Shown: one piece after another, positions 14,001 to 26,108 of the stretch
Layout: each line of letters opens with the position of its first letter
Numbering within the stretch: the stretch's first letter is position 1
Origin: Stegostoma tigrinum
Lineage: Eukaryota
Direction: 5' to 3'
Length of the DNA: 64,000 nt
Assembly: GCF_030684315.1 (NCBI RefSeq)
Contig: NC_081365.1
Location: 31,957,394 to 32,021,393, forward strand
Notes under the pieces: generated by a model
Databases searched by the model: none
Told to the model about the DNA's origin: nothing
The model's input: the letters and a program-made list of their open reading frames with translations, nothing else
Position numbers and translations under genes: made by a program

Positions 14001-14470
14001 TAAACACACTCATGGTAACTGGGAGACTGCTGTAAGTTCTCATTTTGATGTTCCTAGAAGAGTAATTTCAGTGAAGTATAATTTTGAAGACATGAAGTAA
14101 AATTCATGATTATGTTCGGATATCCCCATTACACGAGAATCAGTTCTTGTTACAGAAGGTGCCTGTGTATATAGCTCCTTTGTATTGCTTTGAGCAGAGT
14201 CCCTTATATATTTCTTACTAATATGCTCTGTAGAAATTGAATTCAGAAATTTTACTACTGATAATTAAGAGTTTAAAGCCACTAATTATATTAAAGTTGC
14301 ATAATTTGACAGATGATCATTTTATATTGCGTACTGTTTATTGCCTGTCTGTTTAGTTTTGTGATTGAAACACATTTCCTTTTTCCTCTGTTATAATGCT
14401 GTATGCTGCTGCAGTGTTATTCTTAATCATTATTTCCTAGCAGGCAATAAAGCATATTGTACAGTATTAT
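5045..14470 (+). other. BBX: Probable very long BBX 3' UTR (end uncertain)
   Basis: AT-rich and free of recognisable TEs for ~10 kb, unlike the rest of the window. Several AATAAA hexamers, including 14446-14451. The true end cannot be fixed from sequence. Confidence 0.5.
12541..13646 (+). repeat. Diverged direct duplication of ~220 bp (12541-12762 and 13435-13646)
   Basis: Shared blocks in the same order: CACATAATAAG, TGAGGCTGCC, TTGTTCGTATTGT, GATTTCTTGAG, TGCACTTCCAAAGAGCTGGCTGTTCAATGACAAAC, ATCTGTTGCAG. Confidence 0.9.
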
Positions 14471-15249
14471 ACAAATGAGTGAGATGATTATTTATGAGGA
14501 AATTAAATCTCGATTTACAACCAGTTAACTTAAAATCCGTTCCAAATACTGAACTATTTTGCAAGAACTTTATTGACTTTCAATTATTTATTTGGCTTAA
14601 TGAAATATATTCTTTTAAGTATAACCAAGTAAATAAGAAAAAAATTATGATATTGTTGAGTTTCTTGGCTGAATTGACTGGGCTACACAGAATGCAGATA
14701 GAGTTACTGACCTTCTCTGGGCTGTCTGGGAATCGTTTAGACTGAGGAGTGAGCTCGTGAGCACTGTTGGCAACTGGGAAGAATGGCTTTGTGTGAGCTG
14801 TTCATGTCAGCAAGCTCATATAGAGCAAATCTGCATTCCTTGACTTCATTATGAGCAATGAGTATAACAGTGCAGCATATTTGCTTTAAAAGTATTCAAT
14901 AAAAACATTTTGAACTAAAAACCTAGTCAAATGGTGACAATGACCATTGCCTAAGGTGAATGCTCATCTGGTTAACTGATGTTCTTTTATCTGCCTTTGA
15001 AATGGCCTGTTAGTCACTCATTAGACTAAACTTCTACAAAATAAATAAATAAATAAACCAAATAAGAACCGAAAAAACTGCGGATGCTCTAAGTCAGGAA
15101 CCGCTCTAGCTGGATGTGGAGCATGGCTCACTGTTTTCAGAAAGTCACTGATCAAAAATCTAGATGAACTTCAGTAATATGAGAAATCATCCTGAACAGT
15201 CATTCATTTAAAAGCTGTATTCAACAAAAGCAACTGCTCAAAAGTGGAC

Positions 15250-15470
15250 ACACAATTCGCTGGAGAAACTCAGCAGGTCTAGCAGTATTTGCGCATAGAA
15301 AGCAGAGTTCACGTTTCGGGTCTAGTGACCCTTCTCCAGAACTGCTTGCCCTGAAGAACGGTCACGACCCAAAATGTTAACTCTGCTTTCTCTCCAAAGA
15401 GGCTGCCAGATTTGCTGAGTTTTCCCAGCAATTTCTGTTTTTGTTTTTTGATTTCCAGCATCAACATTTA
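15250..15470. mobile_element. Short palindromic element (family C)
   Basis: GCTGGAGAAACTCAGCAGGTCT..GTTTCGGGTCTAGTGACCCTTC ... CTGAAGAACGGTCACGACCC..GCTGAGTTTTCCCAGC. Confidence 0.75.
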
Positions 15471-16849
15471 TTTGGCTGCTTTTTTTGTCACCAGTCAGAG
15501 CATGTTGTCGTGGTCAGTCAAGAGTAGCATGCAATCTCAATCCAGCAGTTTAGGCACGGCCAGTGGTTGCTTGGAGTAGTCACAATTATGCACCTCATAT
15601 CACTGACCCCCTGTATGGACCGCGCTCAGTCCTGCAGGTCCAGTGCAGCCAGCCCAAGGGTTAGTAGGAAGTAGGTTGGGGAGCTATGTCAGTCAGGGTT
15701 CAAGTCACTAATCAGTCATGCGGACTTTTCAAGTGGGCTGGCAGAGTGGCTCACAGGCAGTCCAGTTGCAGTATGATGTTGGCTAAGTTGTAGGCCCAAA
15801 GTTCCAGTTAATGTTGGAAAATGAAGATGTAAATTTTGGGTGGCAACGTGTAAAAGCTGAGGACTGATGGGGATGGGGTCAATAAGGATTGCAATGGAGA
15901 AAAGAAAATGAAGGGTTAGAATATTATGCTGAGACTGAGACTGCGAAGCATGACCTGTGTTGTCCTCATTCCTCCTGTCAACTGCAAAAGCACAACAACA
16001 ATGGAAAATAGCTGTGAACATAGTGAATGGAATAGATGTATTTTATTTTCTGTCTGAACACAAGCTGGACTTGTGAGGCCCTTCAAAGGTGAATTGCATT
16101 AATCAGGCACTTATACAGTACATGATATATGTATTCGTTGTTCCCTGGATATGAAGCGAACTATATGGGGTACAAATCTTGATCGCAAGTAATGTGGACC
16201 AGATCACTGATTGTTACAAATTGATCATCGTCATCTCTGTGATGCAGAAGAACTCACAGTAATCCCCACTTAAGTGTCACCTACAAGCCATGATTCACAA
16301 TATGTCATAAACTGCTTAAAAGCATATAGCTGATTCCCTCTTACCTTGACCTGTTAAGTATTTACCAACGTGCTATGTATGTAGTTGTGCCTTCCTTGGG
16401 TGATGGGATGATAGGAGTTGGGGTTGTGGGGGAATGGGAACAAAGTTTCATTAACCCTATTGTACTTATAATCCCCTACAGTATTGATGCAGCACATCTT
16501 GTGTTACATATGTTGGGATGAGGTCTGCTACGTATAAGCATTCCATGACCTACCCTGCAAATCTTTTCATATTACCCTGTTTGAGGGTTTACTCTAAACC
16601 ATCATTTGTGTGTGATATGAATGCTGACTGCTCACATTACTAAGGGCCCGTTCTGTTTTTGATATTCATTCCATAGGTTCATTGGAAATGTCACCAGTCC
16701 ACCCAGACATAGCAGGGGTTAGTATTACTGTAGCTGTGGTGCTAAAAACAAATAGAGGAACAGATGCATCAGCACGTGCATGGCTGGTAGTAACCTCCAA
16801 CAGCTACTGAATAGCTTCTACATGAAAGGGTCACAGCTGGAAGTCCCAT

Positions 16850-18030
16850 ACAATGCAGAGGGCGTACAGGAGGCCCCGAGTTTATCATTCTCAATGCCAT
16901 TTGTTGCTGACGAGTGACGCACTTTGTTGCCACGTACTGAGGGATCCTAGGGCACTGTCACAGAATTGTCTTCTCTTCTGGAGGCAGGCAGACAACCTAA
17001 AGGGTTGGGGTACCCCCTGTTTCCTGGTGGTCATCAAAGTGACAGCTGTGCTCGACGTTCACGCAACTAGCTGAACAAAGAACAGGACACCACGAGAACA
17101 GGCCCTTCAGGTCTCCAAGCTTGCGCCAACACATTTTGTCCCGCCATGTTAAAACTGTCTTCGCTTACAGGATCTGTATCCGTCTATTCCCTTCCTATTC
17201 GTGTATTCGTCCAGGTGTTTCTTGAATGCTTCTATTGTGTCTACTTTCACCACCTCCTTTGGCACCATGTGCCAGGCACTCACCATGTTTTGTGTGCAAA
17301 ACTTGCCTTCCTTCCCCCTTCTCTCCCCCCCCCCCCCCCCGCCCCCCCACTGCACCTATAACCTGTGCTCTCTAGTAATTGACCCTCCACCCTGGGAAAA
17401 AGCCTTGTACTTTCCACTCTACCCATGCTATTCACAGTCTTATAAACTTCTATCAAATCTCCCTTCAACCTCCTGTGTTCCAGTGGAAAAAAAAACCCAA
17501 TCTATCCAACCTTTCTTTAAAGCTAAAATCCCCTATACCAGGCAATATCCTGGTAAACCTTTACTGTACCCTCTCCAAAGCATCCACCTCCTGCTGCTGT
17601 GGTAACCAAAACTGTAGGTAATTTTCTTAGTGTGGTCTAAACAACATTCTATAAAGTAGCAGCATTTATTTATCTATCCTTTATATTCACTGCCCCTTCC
17701 AACGGAGGCTAGCTTGCCATAAGACTTTTTTACTACCTTATATACCTGTGCTGAAATCTGTGGACCTACACACTCAGATCCCTCTGAATGTCAATGCTCC
17801 TATGGGTTCTGCCATTCTGCAAATGCTGCTCCAAAGATTCATTGAGGTTCTTTCAATCCTCAACTTACAGATGTGCCAAGGGCGTTCCTGATGCAACCAG
17901 TAGCAGATCACACCATTTCACCTCCCTATGACAAAGTCAGTGCTGCAGGCTGGGCAGTAGGATTTAACAGCACCACCCCTGTTGCCCCAATGCAGATACT
18001 GCAGTCTGCACATGAATTGCACAGTTGGCC
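16850..18030 (+). mobile_element. Decayed PIF/Harbinger transposase remnant interrupted by a CR1 fragment
   Basis: RPRVY and VIKVTAVLDVHATS (cf. VKVTAALNFYATGS) precede the CR1 insertion. CPNADTAVCT*IA (cf. FPNVQGAIDCTHIA) follows it at ~17983-18021. Confidence 0.5.
17075..17815 (-). mobile_element. CR1 LINE 3' fragment
   Basis: Minus-strand peptides KGDLIEVYK and VDTIEAFKKHLDEY match the CR1 ORF2 C-terminus. Contains a C-rich tract at 17325-17348. Confidence 0.85.
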
Positions 18031-18094
18031 TTTAAATATGGTCCATTGGTAGAACCTGAAAAGATCCCAGCAGTTGAGGATGTCCATACTGGTC

Positions 18095-18690
18095 CATGCG
18101 CGATAGTATAAGAATATTGCTGTAGAGGTGTGGTGTGGTGTAATGCATATGTATTGAGGTGAGCAGCATAAAATTGCATAAGATAACTCTTACAAATTTT
18201 TATAGATGCATCACGACTTGGTATTATAACTGCTCTGACCGGGTCCACAAGAAATTACAGAGAGTTGTGAACACAGTCCATCTACAAACTAATTTTCCAT
18301 CAATTGACTCCATCTATACTTCCCTCTGCCTCAGGAAAGGCAGTCAGCATCATTAAAGACCCCTCCCGCCCTGGTTACAATCTCTTCCAACCTATTCCAT
18401 TGGGCAGAAGATGCAAAAGCTTAAACATGTGTATGAGCAGATTCAAGGCAGCTTCTTCCTCACTATTATTAGACGTCTGAATGGGCCTCTCAAATTTCAA
18501 ATTTAATGTTGACCTCCCTTTTTGTCCACATTGTCTGCAGCCATAACATTTTACTTCTCGCTCAGTTCTATTACTCATATGTGCTTTGTGTTGTGTGATC
18601 TGCCTGTTCTGCACATAAAACAGAACTTTTCACTTTGTACTTAATAAATCAAATAATAAATAATAATAAATCAAATAAAATCAAAATCAC
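18095..18690 (+). mobile_element. Non-LTR retrotransposon 3' fragment (Rex1/Babar- or L2-like)
   Basis: TLTNFYRCIT.WY.NCS..KKLQRVVNT, followed by D..HP..LF..LP.GRR-like sequence and an AAT-rich tail. Confidence 0.7.
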
Positions 18691-19517
18691 TAGAGTTCAT
18701 GGAGAGAAACCTGCAATGAAACTTTATGAAATTCTCACTTAACCAATTAAATCTTTGCTCTTTGTAGTCAGGAAGCATGAAGCCCAGCTGACACACATGT
18801 CTGTGATTTTAGAGCTGTTTAAATAAAATCATTAATAAACTTCAAGACATCTGTCTGAACAAGAACCTGGTCTTTATGGCATATGTTACAAGTGCTAACA
18901 TAAAGGGAACGCACAGACACTCACTCATTCTGGCTGTGGTGATTTATATAGAAACCACAGCATCTTCCTTTCTCACTCATGTACTTGCACTTTCCGCTAA
19001 AAGCACCAGTATAATTTGCCTCATCTACATCACATGATCTTTCCATGTTCTGGCCAGCCTCTGGGTGAAGACTTTTCAGTTGAGTTCTTCGTTGGATTTA
19101 TTAGTGATTGTATTGAACTTGTTGACTTCTGGGTTTGGACTGCTTCATCATGTGTAATGAATTAAGTGTATGAAGAGTCATAGAGACCTCAGACTTTTGT
19201 GAATTTAAATCAGTTTTAATCCATATAATTGTTGAATTGTCTTTGTATTAGTTCACAGAGTTTTAATAATTTAATGACAATTCTAATGATATACATGGAC
19301 CAGCTGAACAGAAATGCTTTTCATTCTCGTCAAACAGGAAATACAATCAATTACGTTTAAATAAGCCTACCAGTAACTCAGGATTTCAAAATATTTGTCA
19401 AATTCAGTCCACATGGAAACTACAGTTTTGGTTTAACATTTAACTAAAGGTATGGTGATTACTTTCTGTGCTAGATTGGTCTTAATGAGCCTAAATGACT
19501 ACTATTTCATTGTGATC

Positions 19518-19742
19518 AGAGATAATGGGAACTGCAGATGCTGGAGAATCCAAGATAACCAAGTGTGAAGCTGGATGAACACAGCAGGCCAAGCTGCATC
19601 TCAGGAGCACAAAAGCTGATGTTTCGGGCCTAAACCCTTCATCAGAGCTCTGATGAAAGGTCTAGGCCCGAAACGTCAGCTTTTGTGCTCTTGAGATGCT
19701 GCTTGGCCTGCTGTGTTCATCCAGCTTCACACTTGGTTATCT
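19518..19742. mobile_element. Palindromic Penelope-like terminus (family B)
   Basis: 95-bp inverted arms 19553-19647 and 19648-19742 with no spacer. Same sequence as the 3' end of the GIY-YIG elements at 25212, 40956 and 55919. Flanked by CTAC(T/A)ATTTCATTGTGA direct repeats. Confidence 0.85.
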
Positions 19743-20651
19743 ACAATTTCATTGTGAGATCTGTTTGCTGACGTGAATGCACCAGGCATATGGGCACAAT
19801 TTATGATCATTGAGCATTAAAAAGGAAAGTTGCCCTTTGTTTCAAAGTTATTCATGGACCACTGTAAATACAATCATCACAATATATATGTTCATTAAAA
19901 CATTATTAATCGGTATTTGGAACTAATGCATTACTGATTACTGCTAGCTGCTCGAGTGCACAAAACTAACCTATTTGTTTGAAATTTAAAACAAAAGTTG
20001 TATATTCTTTTACACTTTGTGGAGTTGCCCAATTCACGAACATTTGGACTTATGAACACAATCCCATCCTATCAGATAAGATAATGCAGGGGCATAATTT
20101 TATAGATTTGCGTATGAACAATTCCTGTACTTATGAACAGTTATTTTGTATTGTTCTGCATTGGGTTCAAATAAACTTGCAAACAGACTCTAAAACAGAA
20201 CCTGTTCACAACTCAGAAACTTCCTGTATTTCTGTTATCTGACAAATTGTTATTTGGAATTTCTAACTATATTTACAAGAGGTATCACTATAATGTGCAT
20301 GCTCCTTGGTAAAAGCAGACACAGCCATCATTATAAACACTTTGGGATATCCCAAGGTTACCAATAGGAACTGCATAAATACAAATCTTGCTCATGTCCA
20401 TTCTTTTGACACATTTCAACTTCCTATTGGTTTGCTGTATATGTTTTCTTATGGGGTGTAGGTATGTCTTTTTCATCTTACACACCTGACCATACATTTC
20501 CTCATGTCCAATCATTGAGGGTATAGAATTATAAAGTCAAAAAATATGTAAATGGTACATTTTAATCACAAGCAAACAGATTTGGTTGCAAATAAGTTTC
20601 TTATGGAACGTAGATAAATGATGAGTTTAATAAGAAGAACTGTAAAATATG

Positions 20652-20657
20652 TTTATT
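20652..20657 (-). terminator. Candidate polyadenylation signal of the IgSF receptor gene
   Basis: AATAAA on the - strand ~45 nt past the TAG at 20702. Confidence 0.4.
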
Positions 20658-20701
20658 TTAATTTGGAAACAGCAAAATTGTAACATTATTTACAAATTAG
20701 A

Positions 20702-20809
20702 CTATTGTGGATTTGAACGTCCTGTTTCCTGTAATGTGTTCTGGTGAAGTCTGGTTGTAGCTTTATCGCTTGACTTGAGGCAAGGTGGTTCAAATTCATC
20801 ATCAATATC
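20702..20809 (-). CDS. IgSF receptor, probable last (cytoplasmic) exon
   Basis: Strong acceptor tttttttctttcttgttcccag. Phase 0 reads DIDDEFEPPCLKSSDKATTRLHQNTLQETGRSNPQ*. Confidence 0.55.
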   Translation of the reverse strand, partial: DIDDEFEPPCLKSSDKATTRLHQNTLQETGRSNPQ

Positions 20810-22099
20810 CTGGGAACAAGAAAGAAAAAAACATGTTAAATGAATGATTATAAAAGTGGGCAATTGTGCGTAGCTTGATAATGCACTGAGCCTGGAAATG
20901 CACAGCACACTCCAGAGTTTCTCATGCTGATTGAATGGAAGCAGGTTAGATGCTTGGACGTGGGATTAACTTAAAGAAAGTAAATAGTAACTGAGATTTT
21001 TTCTGGCGGTGCAGTGAATTTGGATCTTATACCTGGTATATGACCCTGCACGTTTTAATCATTCACACCGTCATTTCCTTCTGAAAAAAAGAATAAGGCT
21101 GTGCTGAAGGCCAATGAGAATTTATTAATCTTTCATCTTTCTGAAGTTGCAGTATCAGACTGAATTTCATTTCTGTGAGATCCTACTGCAGGATGGCTTT
21201 ACATCCTTTTGCAAGGAAAGATGGAGTCTCGGCTTAATATCTTATCATTTAATCACTTATTTGGCAGTACTGACGGGTGTGATTGAGTGAATGTAATCCC
21301 TCTAGGATTAGACTAGAGTCTCTAGGAATTGGAAATTCAATCTCTTGAATGTTGCTGAACTCACCCATGCGAATCTGAGGGATAGGACAATAACAACATC
21401 AATATTGTTTCATTTTCTTCGAGCATTTTTTAACTAGAAACAAAAGTAGCCAGAATGGGGGAATTGGCTATTTGGCTGACTAATGGTTGAGGTGAAGGTG
21501 GGAGGTGGGGTCTGTTATGTGATAAAGCTCCTGGAATAAATTAATCATAATTGCAACTCCAGTATTCAGTTTTTAAGGCAGAAGCTTTTTTGTTGCCTAT
21601 GGGCACTCCGTACATAATGTTTCCTGTTAAATAAACTTCAGGTCCATGGGTTCCTCCTGTTCTTAGCTGTGGGTGGATTTCCTTCTTCACTGTTAGGCCT
21701 GTCCGCATGGCAAACATTATACCACATTCAGTAGACCTTGTTCTGCCCCCACTCTCTCCAGGCATTTGCAATGCTTCTGCCAGATTTTTATGGATAGGAT
21801 ACCAACTAAGGCAACTAATACAGTGAATGTTTCGCATATTTGATGGAGGGGTTGTTTTTAATGGGCTGAATGATTGATTGTCTTGGTCCTTACTTTCTTA
21901 CGGAACATAAATTTAATTCAAATGTTAACTACACGTTACGCTGATATGTAACCATATTAGATAAATGTATTAAAGAAGCATTAATTTTAAAAACCTGTCA
22001 GTTCAGGCATTACAGATTTTGGGTGTGGAATTGCAATGCTCCAGTTCAAAATGAATTGGAAATTTCTCTGTCAGCCAACCCCTTTCAACTGAGGATTTT

Positions 22100-22465
22100 A
22101 AAATTATGGACTATGGATAGGCTGGGTAGAATAGATAGAGGGAAGTTGTTCCTGCTCAATCATGTAACAAGAATGGCTGCCCATGGTTGAAATATTGTGC
22201 AAAAGAAACAAGGGCGATGCGATTATATTTTTAAAAAAGTTTTTCAGGCAACGAGTGGCTGGATATGGAATGCCCTTGCTGGAAGTAATATGGAGGTAGG
22301 TTCATTTGAGGAATTCAAGAGGGTTTTGGATGATTATTTGGATAGATTAGTATGGAAGGATGTGTGGAGAAAGCAGGAGATTGACACTAGGAAATGAGGC
22401 TTGTTTGAAGAGCTGGTGCAGGCTGAATGGCCTCCTACTGTGTCATAACACTTTATGATTCTGTA
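22100..22465 (+). mobile_element. Old CR1 LINE 3' end
   Basis: WNAL..SFEEFKRVLDDYL, then the GGCTGAATGGCCTCCT..TATGATTCT tail. Confidence 0.7.
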
Positions 22466-23913
22466 ATGTGCCTGCAGTACCTGATACAAGTGACACTCAA
22501 AGGTTGATCACCAGCGAAAGTCAGGTAATAATAGCTGTTTTCTTTAACATTAGTCTCCTGAATTGGTTCACGAGCAATAAATACGGGGCTAAGATTTCCG
22601 TTTTTGCGTTAATCAAAAGAGAATCCTAACCCACAGTGTCAGCAATAATCACCAGGCAATGATTTTTCCACCATTTGCCTATAGAAATGGCTAGAGGGCC
22701 CTCTTATCCACAAGAATGATGGGCAGTCTGCATCTAAGCTGCATATAACAGCAACATTTAAAACATTTTTGAATTAATAAGTAGGACAGCTGCTGGGGAT
22801 TTTGGGCCCTTTCCAAACTCCATTAGCAAATACTCTACTGAAGATAGCACTCCAACAGAACTGTACTATTCAAGGTGCCATCTTTCAGTTCCTGATGTTA
22901 AACCAATGCACCATCTGCTCTGCACAGTGTATATAAAAGAATGAAACAAGACTTTCCTTAATTGATCCATCAATCAACGTCATTAAAGCCAATAAACAAC
23001 AGAAGTATGGGTGCTGAAAATCCAAACCACAAAGGGAAATTGCTGAGGAAATGCGGCAGATCTGGTAGCATGAACTGACGAAAGGAAACTGAACCTGATC
23101 TGTTAACTCTGCTTTCTCTCCACAGATGCTGCCCAGACCTGCTAGGTTTCTGCAGAAATTTCTGTTTCTGTCTCTGTCTCTGAAGTACTGATGTGGATTT
23201 TGCAGTTGTGAGGTGGCATATTCTGTGCCCCCTCTATACCATCACCACCCTAGTCAAGAAGTCGATAAAAAGCCAGGGGCAGCATTAATGAAGTTGGGGT
23301 GGAATGTTGGTTCCTAAGGAGCAGGGAGATGGTGGTTTTGGTTTACATGCAGAGGTGGGGAGGCACTGAGAGGTGTTGGAGGGTGGTGGGAGTGTTCCTG
23401 ATGGGCACAGGATATATCACAAAGGGCGAAAATCTCATCCTTCCTGCCTTTTCACCCAAGTTGGTGAACTTGTGGGATGGCCATTTTTGCGTTCTTCCCC
23501 AACCCCAGCCTAAAGTGCTGAACACATTCAGACAGGGAAAGTAGAATAATGTCTGTAAGTGACATTTAGTTGGCAGCTTACAGATCTCAATAGGCCAAAG
23601 GCTGGGGCAGGCTGCCTGAGACTTGTTCATCCACCAGAATGCAGGCTACATGTTGGGTGGAGTTATGTTTTTACACTTCGCAGTGACTACACTTCACACT
23701 GATCATAAAGACCGTACAGGCATTTTCTGGACAGAATTTTGAACAACCTCTACAATCAAAGATTAGAAATTACACATGTAAAACAAATGAGTTAAATATT
23801 AAATTTTCTGATGTTTGCAAAAAAAAAGTCATTGTATATAGGGTATGTTTCATTACATTCGCTAATTTAGTGAATGTTTGCCAAAAATGAAAAGTCAAAA
23901 GAGGAATATTTAC

Positions 23914-23985
23914 CTCAAAGAACACAATGATGAGAGCTCTACAGCTATCAACGACATTCCATTGTGCTGTCTCTTGTTTCTTTAA
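23914..23985 (-). CDS. IgSF receptor, probable cytoplasmic exon 1
   Basis: Acceptor ttttatttcaaacag and donor GAG|gtaaat. 72 nt, open only in phase 0: LKKQETAQWNVVDSCRALIIVFFE. Confidence 0.55.
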
Positions 23986-24493
23986 CTGTTTGAAATAAAA
24001 ATCACTCAGAAAACAGAGAAAGTGTGCCTAATATGACCTATTGCATTCAGCATTTACTCATCACTTTTTATGATGAGCTATTGATCTAGTTTACTTTTGG
24101 AGATATTATTCAGTATGATAACAGGAGGATGAAGGGAGGATTGGAACATTTTTCTGGAATTATTCTCACACTGTCAAGAACCAAACTGATAGAAAACATA
24201 CGTGTATTTTTTTTGACTTGTGAATTTATGGGTTTGGGAGAAACTAATTCTAATGGAATACAACCAACCATCTATCTGAGAGAAACAACATCGCAAATAT
24301 ACTTGGGGACAGGTTGGTTAGCCTGTGCTATTATCTCAGAAGCAAGAGTTGTCAACAAATAATTCACAAAGATATAAATTGAAAAATTTTCAAAATCACA
24401 CAATACCTGTGCTCACTGATCCCGGAAGAAACCTGGTTACAAAGCAAATGTGACACTTGTTTCATAACATGTCATTTAAATGAGAGTACTTAC

Positions 24494-24603
24494 ATGAGAT
24501 GTGAAATATGATATAAATGCTGCCATCGCAATCAGTGCGGCCGTAGCAAGGATCATCAATCTTACCATTATTGCCCATGTAACAATTCTGTCAGGCCTTC
24601 CAT
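24494..24603 (-). CDS. IgSF receptor, transmembrane exon
   Basis: Acceptor tcttcacag and donor gtaagt. Phase-1 start matches the C1 exon and reads (D)GRPDRIVTWAIMVRLMILATAALIAMAAFISYFTSH. Confidence 0.85.
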
Positions 24604-25211
24604 CTGTGAAGATTTGATGATGAAACATTATATTTTACAATTCATTGGTAGGCACACATTGAAATCATACCGCTCAACTATCAGCACATTGTCTTTCATG
24701 GAGCTTTGTTTCCACAACATCAATTTGGATCCAGGCAAGACAGTGAGACTGAAACAAAAATACATTTCTTGTGGACAGACTTTATTAACTCTTCAATCTT
24801 ACAGTCCTGTTGATGAAGTAATCAAGTAACCCCGATCACTTGTTCAGCTATGCACTATTTAGCTGCATTCCACATTAACAGATTCCCTTTTACAAATCAA
24901 AATCAAAATCTTTGAACATACACAACAAGCATTAAACAAAGCTAATAAAAGAAAAAATGTTTTTTTTTCACATTTTGTATCTGCATAATAATGCTATTAT
25001 TGATTGGTTGCATTATATGTACTTTATCATGTTCCCTATAACACAATAAAGCTCCCATTTATCCCTTTCTTCCAGAAGACCAACATTTCAGTCTCACCTG
25101 CTTCAGTGGTGTGTCATATCACATCTGAAAAGGTTGTTTGAAATATTACCTCACACTTTCTTAAAACAAAACAAATAAAGCACAATAACCTACAAAAACA
25201 TTGACAGTTTT

Positions 25212-26108
25212 CAGAGATAACAAGGTGTGGAGCTGGATGAACGCAGCAGGCCAAGCAGCATCAGAGGAGCAGGAAAGCTGATGTTTCGGGTCTGGACCCA
25301 TCTTCAGAAATGGGGGAGGGGAAGGGGACACTGGAATAAATAGAGAGAAGGGGGAGAGGTAATGATGGAAGATGGATAAAGGAGCAGATAGGTGGAGAGA
25401 AGAGGAGCAGAACAAGGAAGCGCGGAGGGATGCCAGTAGAGGTGAGTGTAGATGGGGAGTTAGGGCGGGGATAGGCCAGTCCAAGGAGGATAGACAGGTC
25501 AAGGAGGCGGGGATAAGGCTGGTAGGTAGGATGTGAGGGTGAGGCTTGAGGTGGGAGGAGGGGTTAGATGGGAGGAAGAACTGATTAGGGAGGTGGGGAT
25601 GAGCTGGGCTGGTTGTGGGATGAGGTCAAGGATGGGGAGATTTTGAAGCTTGTGAAGCCGACATTGAGACCATTGGGCTGCAGCGTTCCCAAGCAAAATA
25701 TGAGGTGCTGTTCCTGCAACATTCGGGTGGCATTGTTGTGGCAGTGCAGGAAGCCCAGGAAAGACATATCATTCAAGAAGCAGGAGGGGGAGTTGAAATG
25801 GTTCATGACTGGGAGGTGCAGTTGTTCGTCGGGAACCGAGCGTAGGTGTTCCATAAAGCAGTCTCCAAGCATCTGCTTGGTTTCCCCGATGTAGCGGAGG
25901 CCACATCGGGATTAACAGATACAGTGTACCACATTAGCAGATGCGCAGGTGAACATCTGTTTGGTGTGGAAGGTTTTCGTGGGGCCTTGGATGGGGGTGA
26001 GGGGAGAGGTGTAGGGGCAGGTGTAGCACTTCCTGCAGTTGCAGGGAAAAGTGCTGGGGGTGGTGGGGCTAGTGGGGAGTGTGGAGCAAAGGAGGGAGTC
26101 ATGGAGAC
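25212..26108 (-). mobile_element. Penelope-like element (family B), 3' fragment with GIY-YIG remnant
   Basis: The minus strand encodes frameshifted CASANVVYC..YIGETK..LGD.F.EH, then a pyrimidine-rich tract and a hammerhead-core terminus. Confidence 0.8.
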
